Of a DNA stretch of 57,069 nt, positions 26,727 through 36,445 are shown piece after piece. The notes under the pieces are model-generated. The model searched no databases, was not told the origin of the DNA, and saw only the letters and a program-made list of their open reading frames with translations. Position numbers and translations under genes: made by a program. The number at the start of each line of letters is the position of its first letter. Position 1 is the stretch's first letter. Source of the stretch: an uncultured Actinomycetes bacterium (GTDB lineage: Bacteria > Actinomycetota > Actinomycetes > S36-B12); assembly GCA_903832025.1 (NCBI GenBank), contig CAIKZY010000162.1:1-57069 (forward strand), given 5' to 3'.

Positions 26727-27835
26727 GATCGAGCCTGCGCGATAAGCACCTGATCCCACAGCTCTGTCAGTGCATTCGCCTGGACATTCGGCGCCCAGGT
26801 TCGGGCTCGATCGTGGGTACTGCGGGCCGTGTCCTGGAGAAATCCGTCGTCCTGCTGGCAGGCATTGAGCAACTCAGTCAGCTCATGAGAATTCCCGTGG
26901 CGAAACACCATGGACGGATCATTCACCAAAGCGGGAAGCTCACCACTATCACTGACAATCACTGGTCGTCCGGTCAGCATGCCTTCGACGGCCACGCGTC
27001 CCCACTGTTCACGAAAGCGAGGTGTCATTTCCGTCGGCACCACCAGGACGTGGCACCATGACATCAATTTCCACACCGCGTGTGCATCGCCACCGCCGAG
27101 AAACTCAATGCGCTGGTTACAGGTCTCTGCTTGTACCGCGAGCTTCCGAAGATGTCGACCCTCACCCATGATCCGCAGGTGAACCGTGTTCGCAGGGATA
27201 TTGCTGACCGCGGTGATCAGTGTCTGCACGCCCTTTTCCGGCACGAGGCGGCCGCAATACGCAACTCGCAGGTGTCCATCGAATGGCGGCATGCTCGACA
27301 CAGGAAATTCCAGCGGGTCGGGAAGCCTGCTGGCACACAGTGTTGTCGGAGTGCTTGTCGGCAACCCGGCGTCGTGCAAGGCCTTGAGCCCGGTGGAACC
27401 CCAACTGACTGCCCCGGATGCCCGCTGAAGAACGCGTGCGGTGCCAAGCCGTCGTATGCGGTAGTGCAAAGGTGCTGACCGAATGATGTTCTCGGCCGAG
27501 TGAATGACGAACGGTGGCCGCCAGGAGGGAGCAAGTTGTGCGATCAGGGCCCAGGGCTCAGCAACCACATGGATCAGATCAGGTTGGAAATCGTGTATCC
27601 GATCTCGGATTCCATGCCAGACGGTTGATGTTTCTCCAAGGATGGATCGCGCGGGAACAAGATGAATTCGATCGCTCAGATCAGCAGCGCGCTGGCGTAG
27701 CCCAGCCTTGGCGTGTTCAATCTGACTCTTGTTGACAGGCAGGAATAGCTGAGTACTTTCCTGTGCTCGGAGGACCTCAAACCACACGGTGTTGCTCCGT
27801 GCATGTGCATCCTGTCCAAGGATGACGATGCCCAT
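26723..27835 (-). CDS. Glycosyltransferase family 4
   Basis: GRLVPEKGVQTLI ... VPTEMTPRFREQWGRVAVEGMLTGRPVIVSDSGELP. ATGA overlap with the upstream ABC exporter gene. Confidence 0.8.
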   Translation of the reverse strand: MGIVILGQDAHARSNTVWFEVLRAQESTQLFLPVNKSQIEHAKAGLRQRAADLSDRIHLVPARSILGETSTVWHGIRDRIHDFQPDLIHVVAEPWALIAQLAPSWRPPFVIHSAENIIRSAPLHYRIRRLGTARVLQRASGAVSWGSTGLKALHDAGLPTSTPTTLCASRLPDPLEFPVSSMPPFDGHLRVAYCGRLVPEKGVQTLITAVSNIPANTVHLRIMGEGRHLRKLAVQAETCNQRIEFLGGGDAHAVWKLMSWCHVLVVPTEMTPRFREQWGRVAVEGMLTGRPVIVSDSGELPALVNDPSMVFRHGNSHELTELLNACQQDDGFLQDTARSTHDRARTWAPNVQANALTELWDQVLIAQARS

Positions 27836-29712
27836 CAGGACTGGCGTCCTTCGTCGGGCACCAGTCCGAGCAGCTCGGCTTGTCGGTCGAAGGCAGGAAC
27901 CTGCGTACGCACGTGATCGAAGTTCCCGTGCGCCCGGATCGTCCCCTGTTCCAGATACACCACTGCATCAGAATTGCGAACAGTGGCAAGGCGATGCGCG
28001 ATCACGATGGCAGTCACCGTTCCGCTCAGGGCAGCGATGCTCTGGCTGATCGCATGCTCGGTTTCAGCGTCAAGTGCACTTGTTGCCTCATCCAGTACCA
28101 GGACCGACGGTCGAGTGAGCAACCCACGGGCGAGCCCAAGCCGCTGCCGCTGACCACCACTGAGTCGTAATCCGCGGTCTCCGACCAGGGTGTCAAGACC
28201 ATCTGACATCTGACGGACAAAACCATCAGCCTGCGCACGCTCCAGTGACTCCCAGACCTGATCGTCACTGACCTGGCCTCTCGGCAGTGCGAGTGCGACA
28301 TTGTCCCGGATGGTTGCGTTGAAGATCGAAACATGTTGCGGGAGGTATGCGATCTTGCCTGGCCACGTGCTGATCGCCTTCCACGGTGGAAGTCCGCCGA
28401 TGAGCACTCCACCATGCTGTGGGGAGAGCACGCCGATAATCACGTCAGCCAGTGTGGATTTTCCCGCACCTGTCCGGCCAACAATGGCCAACGAGGTACC
28501 TGCAGGAATGGTGAGGCTGATATCTGTGAGCGCCGGCGGACTTTCGGGCTTGTAGGTGAAGTGAACTCCGTCGATGGTCACGTCCGCTCGAAAACCCTGA
28601 TCGCCCGACGGTTCACCTGCCGCCGACTCGTCCGTGACCATCCATGAGGCAGGCAGGGGATCGCGAACAACCTGTGCGAGTTGCCGTGTTCGGGCAGATT
28701 GCGCGATTGAGGATCGAATATTGACCAATTGACCGCTCAGACGAAGCATTGATGGCACCAGCCGGGAACCGGCAGCGAGAAATACAACAAGGGTCGAAAC
28801 GACGTCCACCATGTTGCCGGTTCGCAATTGCAACGCGGCAAGAAGGACAGCGCCAACAACCAGAGCGCAGTCGTACACCAACTTCGGAATTTGGTTGATC
28901 AGTTGTGCAGTTGCCTGCGCCCGAGCTCCGGATTCCAGCACCGTGCTGATTGACGCGAGGTAGGGCTCTCTTCGGTCGAGTGTCCATAACTCACGAAAGG
29001 CATGCAGACCTTCTTGGACTTGCGACAACGTCTGCACGTCGGAAGCTTGGAGGATGGTTCCAGTCCGGGCCGCCCACCGAGACAGCATGAGGTGCATGAC
29101 CCAGCCGACAAGCAGGAAAAACCCAGCCATGCCCAGCGCAGCCGCCGGGGCAAAGAGAAAGATGGTGAAACCTAAGATCACGAGCAGGAATGCATCGCTG
29201 CACACGATCGCAACTGACCCCAGAAGCCCCGTGATCGTAGCCACCGCACCGGAAGTGACGGCGTACACAGTTTCCTGCGGAGTGAGTTGATACACGTCGG
29301 TAATTGGCCTGGACAGCAAGCTACTCAGGAGTCGATTGGATGTCTGGCTTTGCGCTTTGGCGAGGAATTTGTAGTTCTGTCCGATCAGGTACCCGTAGAT
29401 GACCGACTTTGCCAGGAAGAAGACTGCCGCAGCCACCGCCATGAACACGGCAAGATTCGCCGATCCAACATGTTGCAGGCCGACTGCATCGAGTACTGCA
29501 GTCAGTGAGGCCGGAGGACGTCGACCGGCTACAGCAGTCGAGGCAAGCACTCCGACTCCGCCAATCAACAGGACGCCGAGTAAGTCCATGAGGCCCGTGG
29601 CCATCTGTGCGGCGACCACGAGCCAGTAGCGAGCTCTCTCCGCAGGCGTCAGCAGCGCCAAGGAAGCGCGGATCGAAGCCAGGGTGGAACCGCGCGTACT
29701 CGTGGAGGACAT
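27835..29712 (-). CDS. Fused TMD-NBD ABC exporter (MsbA/PglK-like type I exporter)
   Basis: Six N-terminal TM segments. Walker A GRTGAGKSTL, signature LSGGQRQRLGLARGL and Walker B VLVLDEATSALD. Confidence 0.9.
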   Translation of the reverse strand: MSSTSTRGSTLASIRASLALLTPAERARYWLVVAAQMATGLMDLLGVLLIGGVGVLASTAVAGRRPPASLTAVLDAVGLQHVGSANLAVFMAVAAAVFFLAKSVIYGYLIGQNYKFLAKAQSQTSNRLLSSLLSRPITDVYQLTPQETVYAVTSGAVATITGLLGSVAIVCSDAFLLVILGFTIFLFAPAAALGMAGFFLLVGWVMHLMLSRWAARTGTILQASDVQTLSQVQEGLHAFRELWTLDRREPYLASISTVLESGARAQATAQLINQIPKLVYDCALVVGAVLLAALQLRTGNMVDVVSTLVVFLAAGSRLVPSMLRLSGQLVNIRSSIAQSARTRQLAQVVRDPLPASWMVTDESAAGEPSGDQGFRADVTIDGVHFTYKPESPPALTDISLTIPAGTSLAIVGRTGAGKSTLADVIIGVLSPQHGGVLIGGLPPWKAISTWPGKIAYLPQHVSIFNATIRDNVALALPRGQVSDDQVWESLERAQADGFVRQMSDGLDTLVGDRGLRLSGGQRQRLGLARGLLTRPSVLVLDEATSALDAETEHAISQSIAALSGTVTAIVIAHRLATVRNSDAVVYLEQGTIRAHGNFDHVRTQVPAFDRQAELLGLVPDEGRQS

Positions 29713-29971
29713 GACGTGCCCAACCCCCTTGTGCGGTCTGTCAAAGCTGTGTGCTTAAGAGAGTTCAGGCTATCGTGGAAGCACTGGTCTCCAGTCCACC
29801 CAGGAGTAGCATCCGCATGTCAGTCCAGCGATGCCAACTCCATCAGCAAGCAGGGCGTCACGGTTGTTGGTCGGTGTCACCACGAGTCTTGGGCGAGGTC
29901 ACGCCAGCGAATGGAGGTGTCAATCGTGCGGGCGATTCATCGTTCAATGCCAAGGGTAGACCAGAGGACAG

Positions 29972-31501
29972 GTGATGGTCGTTAACCGTGTTTCGGGTCG
30001 TTCGTCAAACGAAGCGCGCAGATGGCTGCCCTTATGTGCGGACGTGGTATTCGTCGCAAGTCTGTGCGTGGTGTTCCTTGAGCAGCAGTTGGTCTGGATC
30101 ACCAGTGGAGGCTTCTTCCTCCGGGCGATTCGCGTGGACTGGTATGACCTGATTGCCGTCGCCATGGTGGCTTTGGCGTTGATTGCGCGAGTGTGGACTC
30201 AGGTCCATGGTGCACGTCGCTGGATACTGGTCGTGCTGCTGCTGATTGCCGCGATCGGTGGGCTTCGCTGGGTGCAAGTGGCCGGCCTGCAACATGGCTT
30301 CAACCACGAACGACCGTGGATCTACGCGTTTGCTGCCTTGCTGTTCGGACTGGCGTGTGGGCCGATGCGTTGGCAATGGTGGCGCAAAGTCTTGGTTGTC
30401 TGGGGACTTGCGATCGCTGTCTTTCAAGCAGTTGCGCTGTTCGCCCTGGGCTGGGATCACGGATACGCCGATTCCACCCTGGTGCATGGTGATTTCTATG
30501 GGACTCGACCGTTGCTGCCACCGCTCGCCCTTGGCATGGTCCTTGCCTTGGTCATACTTGCGAGTAGCGCGTCCTGGCCATTGTGGCTGCGACTGATCGG
30601 CGGGGTTTTCCTTGGACTATCGTGCATTTGGTGCCAGGATCGAAGTGTCTGGCTTGCCTTGGTGGCCAGCTTGGTCGTTTGCGTTCTGGTCACCTGGCGA
30701 TCTTCGGATCGCTTTGCACCGGCGATCATTGCTGGTGCCCTGCTGGTGGTGATGGCGTTTGCCACCGTTCTTCCTCTTCTCACCGGCTTTGCCGTGTTGC
30801 CGACGAACATCAACGCCCTTCGGGCCTCGGTCATCACCCAGAAGTATCTCGGGCGGGTGTCGGTGCCCTGTCCAGGAACGTCACGAGCAGTGGTGAGTGG
30901 CGCGTCGACGCAGCCATCCAGCGGAGCCGGGATCTGCACGGCACTTGTTCCCGAGTCGTACACGCACCTCAGTGGCATTCCCAGTACCCCTGCCTATCAG
31001 GGCTCATCCGTACCGCGCGTGGTATCCGGTGCAGGCGGCAGTCCACTCCTTTCCACCGGAACCTTTTCCTGGCGGCTGCACGTGTGGAAGTCGCGCCTGG
31101 CAGCGAGTCGTCCAGCCTCCGCCTGGCTGGTCGGTGAGATGTTCGGACCGACGATATTGTCGCAGACTGACTCCCCGGCGATGAATGTCGACCTGACCAG
31201 TCACAGTGAGCCCATTGAGGACATCGTGCGAGGGGGGCTGATCGGCATCGGCTGCATTCTCGTGCTGTTCTGCATGGCATTGAGTCGCCGTCGGAAGGCG
31301 CCGCAGGATGCCTGGGTCTTCCTGTGGGGACTGCTTGTCTTCGGCATCGTCTACGTCTGGCCGACGTGGTCGTGGGTGTGCATAGGGCTGGTGCTGGCGG
31401 ACTCGTCCGTAGTTGCTACTGCTGCGCGGAACGGCTCGTCCCGGTCACGCGACAGTGACACGCCCGCCGTGCTTGGTGTGATGCGGGGCCCTGGCACGTG
31501 A
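29972..31501 (+). CDS. O-antigen ligase/polymerase family (Wzy_C-like) membrane protein with a long Ser/Pro/Gly-rich extracytoplasmic loop
   Basis: More than 10 TM segments. QDRSVWLALVASLVV and SHSEPIEDIVRGGLIGIG resemble Wzy_C/WaaL core motifs. Confidence 0.65.
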   Translation: MMVVNRVSGRSSNEARRWLPLCADVVFVASLCVVFLEQQLVWITSGGFFLRAIRVDWYDLIAVAMVALALIARVWTQVHGARRWILVVLLLIAAIGGLRWVQVAGLQHGFNHERPWIYAFAALLFGLACGPMRWQWWRKVLVVWGLAIAVFQAVALFALGWDHGYADSTLVHGDFYGTRPLLPPLALGMVLALVILASSASWPLWLRLIGGVFLGLSCIWCQDRSVWLALVASLVVCVLVTWRSSDRFAPAIIAGALLVVMAFATVLPLLTGFAVLPTNINALRASVITQKYLGRVSVPCPGTSRAVVSGASTQPSSGAGICTALVPESYTHLSGIPSTPAYQGSSVPRVVSGAGGSPLLSTGTFSWRLHVWKSRLAASRPASAWLVGEMFGPTILSQTDSPAMNVDLTSHSEPIEDIVRGGLIGIGCILVLFCMALSRRRKAPQDAWVFLWGLLVFGIVYVWPTWSWVCIGLVLADSSVVATAARNGSSRSRDSDTPAVLGVMRGPGT

Positions 31502-31507
31502 CGGCCG

Positions 31508-32161
31508 TCAGATCGCCCCATCGCCGCTGATCACTGCCGTGATCGTCCGCCGCAGGATTCGCAGGTCTGTTCCCAGACTCCCATGACGGGCGTAATCCAG
31601 GTCAAGTTGCAATGACGTGTCCCAGTCCAGGTTGCATCGACCGGCTACCTGCCACGAGCCGGTCAGCCCAGGGGGTACGGTCAGGCGCTCAAATGCTTCC
31701 TGGGAATAGCCTGCAACGTCATCCACGGTGTGCGGCCGCGGACCGACCAAGGACATTGATCCGCCTAAGACATTGAACAGTTGAGGAAGTTCATCCAGTG
31801 ACCATCGACGCAAGAGTCGACCAAGGCTCGTCACGCGTGGATCGTTTTCCATCTTGAACACAGGCGAGCTCTGGGCGGTCACGCCAGTGAGAGTCCGAAG
31901 CGAATCCCGCATGGAATCCGCTTCAGGCTGCATGGTGCGAAACTTCAGCATGGTGAACCGTGAGTCGTACAGCCCGACTCGCTGTTGACGAAACAAGACC
32001 GGGCGACCCAATCGCAGATGGATGATGATCGCAATCAATCCCATCAGTGGCAGGGCCACAATGAGCAGAACGGATCCAATCAGGAGATCAAGCAGTCGTT
32101 TCACCACCCGCGACCGATGGCTCTTGCCCTGCACATGGATCTGCATGCGATGCGCCATCAA
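31508..32161 (-). CDS. Small monotopic phosphoglycosyl transferase (bacterial sugar transferase family, WbaP C-terminal / PglC-like)
   Basis: KRLLDLLIGSVLLIVALPLM ... RPVLFRQQRVG ... FTMLKFRTM ... DELPQLFNVLGGSMSLVGPRP are canonical Bac_transf motifs. Confidence 0.9.
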   Translation of the reverse strand: MMAHRMQIHVQGKSHRSRVVKRLLDLLIGSVLLIVALPLMGLIAIIIHLRLGRPVLFRQQRVGLYDSRFTMLKFRTMQPEADSMRDSLRTLTGVTAQSSPVFKMENDPRVTSLGRLLRRWSLDELPQLFNVLGGSMSLVGPRPHTVDDVAGYSQEAFERLTVPPGLTGSWQVAGRCNLDWDTSLQLDLDYARHGSLGTDLRILRRTITAVISGDGAI

Positions 32162-32490
32162 TCACCTCCCAGTCACTTCGCACGTCCAGTACGCATTGAT
32201 ACGTGTGGAGAATTCTCCGCAATGCTAACCTACACAGCACCAAGTCCGGTTGGCGCTGGCTGTGACCTAGCGCCCTTGGCCGAGGGATGGCTGACTGTCC
32301 CGAACCACGGTAGGAGCTCGCAGGCCCCCGGACCGCCCTGTGGTCCGGCCAGCGCTACACGCGGGCGAGCCGCCGCATCACCGCCGAGAACTGCGCTCTG
32401 TGATCGCAGAAGCAGCTGACGAAGCACAGCTCGGCGCTACTGTGTTCTTCTTTGGACGTGACTGCAGAGATGACGTGAGAAGGGCTCGAG

Positions 32491-33225
32491 GTGGCACACC
32501 CGTCGCAACTGGCCTATTTCGAACGTGCGGTTGTCGCCTTCCCGCAACACTTCGCCGGCTCCGTACTGGATATTGGCGCGTATGACGTGAACGGAGGTCC
32601 GCACCGCTTGTTCTCGGCCGATCGGTACGTTGGTGCGGATCTCATTCCGGGGCCGAACGTGAGCGTGATCGGCGCGGGCGAGACCTTGGACTACGCGGAT
32701 GACACGTTTGACGTGACAATGTCCAGCGAATGCTTCGAGCACACCCAGAACTGGATGGCGATCGTGGACAACATGATTCGCATGACGCGACCCTCGGGCT
32801 TGCTCATCTTTACCGCGGCCGGCATAGGCCGAGCAGAGCACGGAACGCAGCGGACCGGGAGTGAATGGGCATCGCCAGGGACGATCGAACTGAAGCAGGA
32901 CTGGTATCGCAATCTGAGCTCGCGGCAAGTGCATCGCGTCCTACGTCGCGCAATGCTTGCCGAGTACTACCTGAGCGTCGACAAGGAGAACAGCGACATT
33001 TGCGTCCTGGGGATCGAGGCATCGGCGAAAGTGCAGGACCTGGCCGCTGCACGAGATGTTTGGCAATGGCACCGGGAACAGGTGCGTCACAGCCGTTACC
33101 CGGGACCGCTTCCTCGCCGACTCATCACGCAAGCGTTCGGCGATCGGGGACTGGCCGTCTCCCAACGAGCGAAGGCACTGCTTCACCCCGCTGGAGCGGC
33201 CGAACGTCAAGCGCGTAGGTCATGA
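32491..33225 (+). CDS. Class I SAM-dependent methyltransferase
   Basis: VLDIGAYDVNG (motif I) ... FDVTMSSECFEH ... RPSGLLIFT. GTG start. Confidence 0.7.
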   Translation: MAHPSQLAYFERAVVAFPQHFAGSVLDIGAYDVNGGPHRLFSADRYVGADLIPGPNVSVIGAGETLDYADDTFDVTMSSECFEHTQNWMAIVDNMIRMTRPSGLLIFTAAGIGRAEHGTQRTGSEWASPGTIELKQDWYRNLSSRQVHRVLRRAMLAEYYLSVDKENSDICVLGIEASAKVQDLAAARDVWQWHREQVRHSRYPGPLPRRLITQAFGDRGLAVSQRAKALLHPAGAAERQARRS

Positions 33226-34301
33226 CAGGCGTGGAATGCATCCACTTCTGGTGCGATCCGGATGTTCCCCTCGACATGGTGTCCGAATGGGACCCGGATT
33301 CTGAGCCCTGGAGATTTGCCTCCGGATTGGGACACAATCTCCTGGAGTTATACGTCCGGCTCCGTGATCGAGGATACCCAATCACGCTCGGTCCTCACGT
33401 GCCTCGCGATGCCGGCTTGGTGGTCGTCTATCCGTCAGGATCCATCTGGCAGTCAAGACGCCTGGCACGACTTGGATGGAGAGTTCGAAGACACCGCGTG
33501 GCGCTCCTGTGCAGTGATCTTCCGCCCCGATACGGAGCACTGATTCGCAGTGATCTCCAGATCATGCCCAATGATCGGCAGGCTTCGCGAAAGGCATCCA
33601 GCCGTTATCTGCCTCCCTTACCGCAACGTGGCGTGGTGCCTCGGGATCCGGACGTGCAAGCCACGCCATGGGTACTAGCTTTCAAGGGCAATCCGGAGAA
33701 TGCTCCGGATTACCTGCTTGACGTGAATTTTCAAGAAGCGCTCAAGAAGCTTGGCATTGAGCTGGACTTGGACACTCCAACTCGCACCGACGGTTCCGAC
33801 CAGCACTGGCACGACTACTCCAGGACCGACTGGGTGCTGCTGGATCGAAAGTATTCGTCCTACGGCAATCCAGCGTGGAAGCCTCCTACCAAACTGCTGA
33901 ATGCGTGGCATGCAGGCGTCATCCCGCTGATGGTTGCTGAGCCGGCCTACGTCGCCCTGGCTCGACCTGGCATCGATGCCCTGATGTTCGACGATGTCGA
34001 GGAGTTGCTGGCAGTGCTGGGTGAATTGTGTTCGAGTCCGGCATTGCGAGAGCAGTTGAGCGCCGGTGTCCGCGCCCGCCATGCAGTGCTGGAATCATCG
34101 CAGGAAGTGGTCGATGCGTATTGGCAGGCCTTCCAGGATCACGCCGGCGTACCGACCCGCACCCGCGCAGCGATCTCGATGCAGTGCCTTATTCGATGTC
34201 TGATCCGGGTGCGATTCGTTCGGCTCATGGATCGCCTAAATCGCATTGTGAGCGCGCGTAGTCTCAGGGTCGGCCAAACCGTTGACGTAGGGTCCGCATA
34301 G
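33222..34301 (+). CDS. Hypothetical protein; C-terminal half is weakly GT-B-like
   Basis: 359 aa. ATGA overlap with the methyltransferase stop. KPPTKLLNAWHAGVIPLM ... FDDVEELLAVLGEL is reminiscent of the C-terminal lobe of group-1 glycosyltransferases. No firm family call. Confidence 0.5.
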   Translation: MTGVECIHFWCDPDVPLDMVSEWDPDSEPWRFASGLGHNLLELYVRLRDRGYPITLGPHVPRDAGLVVVYPSGSIWQSRRLARLGWRVRRHRVALLCSDLPPRYGALIRSDLQIMPNDRQASRKASSRYLPPLPQRGVVPRDPDVQATPWVLAFKGNPENAPDYLLDVNFQEALKKLGIELDLDTPTRTDGSDQHWHDYSRTDWVLLDRKYSSYGNPAWKPPTKLLNAWHAGVIPLMVAEPAYVALARPGIDALMFDDVEELLAVLGELCSSPALREQLSAGVRARHAVLESSQEVVDAYWQAFQDHAGVPTRTRAAISMQCLIRCLIRVRFVRLMDRLNRIVSARSLRVGQTVDVGSA

Positions 34302-35238
34302 GACTGGTGATGCGCCAGGAGATCGAAGAGTGAATCTGGCCGAGCTCATGAGCCTGCCGCACAACGATGTCTCGTAGCTGCTGAACGTCGTCGACCGACT
34401 CCAGGTCCTGTTGAAGATGGTGGGCCTCAAGCGCAGGGCTGCGGTGGGCCCATATTCGCCCAAGTTCCGATCGACGCAGCAGGTCCTCTGGCAGTCCGCA
34501 ACTTCTCCACAGAGCGGGAATGATCGAGAATTCAGCAGCCACGGCGTCCTCATAGTCAATGACGGTCAGTGCCGATTGACCCAATGTCTTGGTGATGACA
34601 TCAATCAGGCTCTGGTGATCGAACAGCCACGAGTCGTCCGAGAGATTGGAGCAAGAGGACGCATAGGGACTCCACGTGCGCACCCCTGCGGCAGCAAGTT
34701 CCCTGCGCAAGGATGGCACCCAGGTGGATTGTTCCCGCCGAACCAGGATGATGTGCACCTCGCGTGAGGCGAACAGTGACCGCAGGCGATGAACCTCTGC
34801 GGTGGTGCGCATAAGGCTCAGGCCCTCGAATGAGGCGATGATCGTTGGCTCCAGCGAGTTCGACTGGCGTTCGATACTTGCTTGCGCGGCACTGAGATAC
34901 TCCGTGAGCAGGGTGTGCGGGCTGAGCTGTCGGAACCATGCATCCAGGTCACCGCGAATCACGCATGCGCCCAGAGGCAACGCCAATGTGGGCAGAGAGC
35001 TGTCGGCGATTGGGCTCTGATCCTTCAGCACTCGAATTCCGCGTGTACGCAGGTCGTCGTCAAGGTGGTTGAGCACCTGTTGAAAGGCCGTGGTTCCTGT
35101 CTTGGGCAAACCGATATGTACGTATGCATGGGCCACGACCACATGGTGACAGCATGCATCCGGCTGCCTTCGGGGACCTGCCCCACTGCCGCAACGTGCT
35201 TCATCTGGTGGTGCGCATCGCTGGTGCGGCCCATTCAC
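34264..35238 (-). CDS. Sulfotransferase-like protein (PKxGTT 5'-PSB-type loop)
   Basis: VHIGLPKTGTTAFQQVL near the N-terminus resembles the PAPS 5'-phosphosulfate-binding loop of sulfotransferases. The likely true start is GTG 35142 (VVVAHAYVHIGLPKTGTT). The product call is tentative. Confidence 0.45.
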   Translation of the reverse strand: MNGPHQRCAPPDEARCGSGAGPRRQPDACCHHVVVAHAYVHIGLPKTGTTAFQQVLNHLDDDLRTRGIRVLKDQSPIADSSLPTLALPLGACVIRGDLDAWFRQLSPHTLLTEYLSAAQASIERQSNSLEPTIIASFEGLSLMRTTAEVHRLRSLFASREVHIILVRREQSTWVPSLRRELAAAGVRTWSPYASSCSNLSDDSWLFDHQSLIDVITKTLGQSALTVIDYEDAVAAEFSIIPALWRSCGLPEDLLRRSELGRIWAHRSPALEAHHLQQDLESVDDVQQLRDIVVRQAHELGQIHSSISWRITSPMRTLRQRFGRP

Positions 35239-35256
35239 GGCAGGCCGAGGTCCTCC

Positions 35257-36264
35257 TTACGAGGCCTTGTGCGTAGCTCGACGGTGTTGCACCTGAGCCC
35301 GAGGTGGCCCGAGACCGATCCAGGAGAAGCGCCACCGCACTTGCGCCGGGGAGAGAAAGTGCATTTGCACACCGTCGCTCAGCTGAACGTTGCCCGCATG
35401 GCGAGTCCAGGGAAGCTTCATCAAGGGACGCGCCAGTCCGTACGTCCAGCGAATGTAGCCGCGAAAGCTGTCAAATTGATGTCGATACAGCAGGTATCCG
35501 GACACCATTTGCTGCAGGACCATTCGTCGGCGGCTCCAACGGTCCTGCCAGGGAGCCAATCGCTGGTTGTCGCGGTCAATGACCGATGTCACTCCGCTCA
35601 TCTCGCGCGCGACCACCGGTACCACCTGGGCGAACGTCACCGAGGAGCTGGCCGGGGGCCAGTCGATCGGCGAGCTCATGCGTCCCGACAGATACCCATC
35701 GCGCAGCATCGTTGCAGCTTGGCGATTGATGGCGTAGGCAAGCGATGACCATCCCCCGAACAGTGCTTGGTGAACGGCGACTCCATCCACTGATGCCATC
35801 GGCTCGCGCAGCAGCGGCGGCGTCCTCCGCTCGTGGGCGGACGTATTCATCTCCAGCGCACCGAGGGAGACGATGATCGGTGCTGTGCTGTCCATGCCAC
35901 AGGTTGCATCGATTGCAGAACGGAGCCCATCTTCGATGTTCACATCGTCTTCGAGGAGGACCAACCATTGATCAGAGCCGGCGAGAAAGTGGTCGTAGGC
36001 ACACAGATGACTGAGGTAGCACCCAATTTCACCATCGAGCATGGTGCGCTTGAACATCTTGCTGAAGCGTCTGGCATCCACCAGGGCATCGCGTGATTGC
36101 GGTGAATCCCTGGGGAAGGCGATGCCGCCGAGGTGGATGTCGGAAAATCCCAGGAGCCGTAGGCGCTCGACGAGTTCGACATTCCTGGGCACCGCTGCCG
36201 TGCAGATGATGTTGATCGTGCAGGCGGAAGACACCTTGTGATGGTAGTTGTGTCGTGAGTGCAC
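35257..36264 (-). CDS. Glycosyltransferase family 25 (LOS/LPS beta-glycosyltransferase-like)
   Basis: TMLDGEIGCYLSHLCAYDHFLAGSDQWLVLLEDDVNIEDG matches the GT25 core (GEiGC..SH ... lIlEDD). Confidence 0.7.
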   Translation of the reverse strand: MHSRHNYHHKVSSACTINIICTAAVPRNVELVERLRLLGFSDIHLGGIAFPRDSPQSRDALVDARRFSKMFKRTMLDGEIGCYLSHLCAYDHFLAGSDQWLVLLEDDVNIEDGLRSAIDATCGMDSTAPIIVSLGALEMNTSAHERRTPPLLREPMASVDGVAVHQALFGGWSSLAYAINRQAATMLRDGYLSGRMSSPIDWPPASSSVTFAQVVPVVAREMSGVTSVIDRDNQRLAPWQDRWSRRRMVLQQMVSGYLLYRHQFDSFRGYIRWTYGLARPLMKLPWTRHAGNVQLSDGVQMHFLSPAQVRWRFSWIGLGPPRAQVQHRRATHKAS

Positions 36265-36445
36265 ATGCCGACCGGACTGCGTGGAGCGGCATGTGTGTCA
36301 GCGTGCGGGCCGATTCGGGCACGGGAAAGCGGTATCGGATCAACCGTTGCCGCAAGCGGCCTTGACTATGCGCGGGTTCGAGCACGTGGATTGGATGAGG
36401 CAACCGTGGAGTCGATGCGGGTTGCGGTCGGCAGCGTAGGCAAGA

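Noticed and set aside
34882-35748. 288-aa plus-strand ORF spanning the sulfotransferase-like and GT25 genes
   Set aside because: It bridges two minus-strand genes that have recognisable motifs. The composition is Arg/His/Cys-rich and no domain is recognised.
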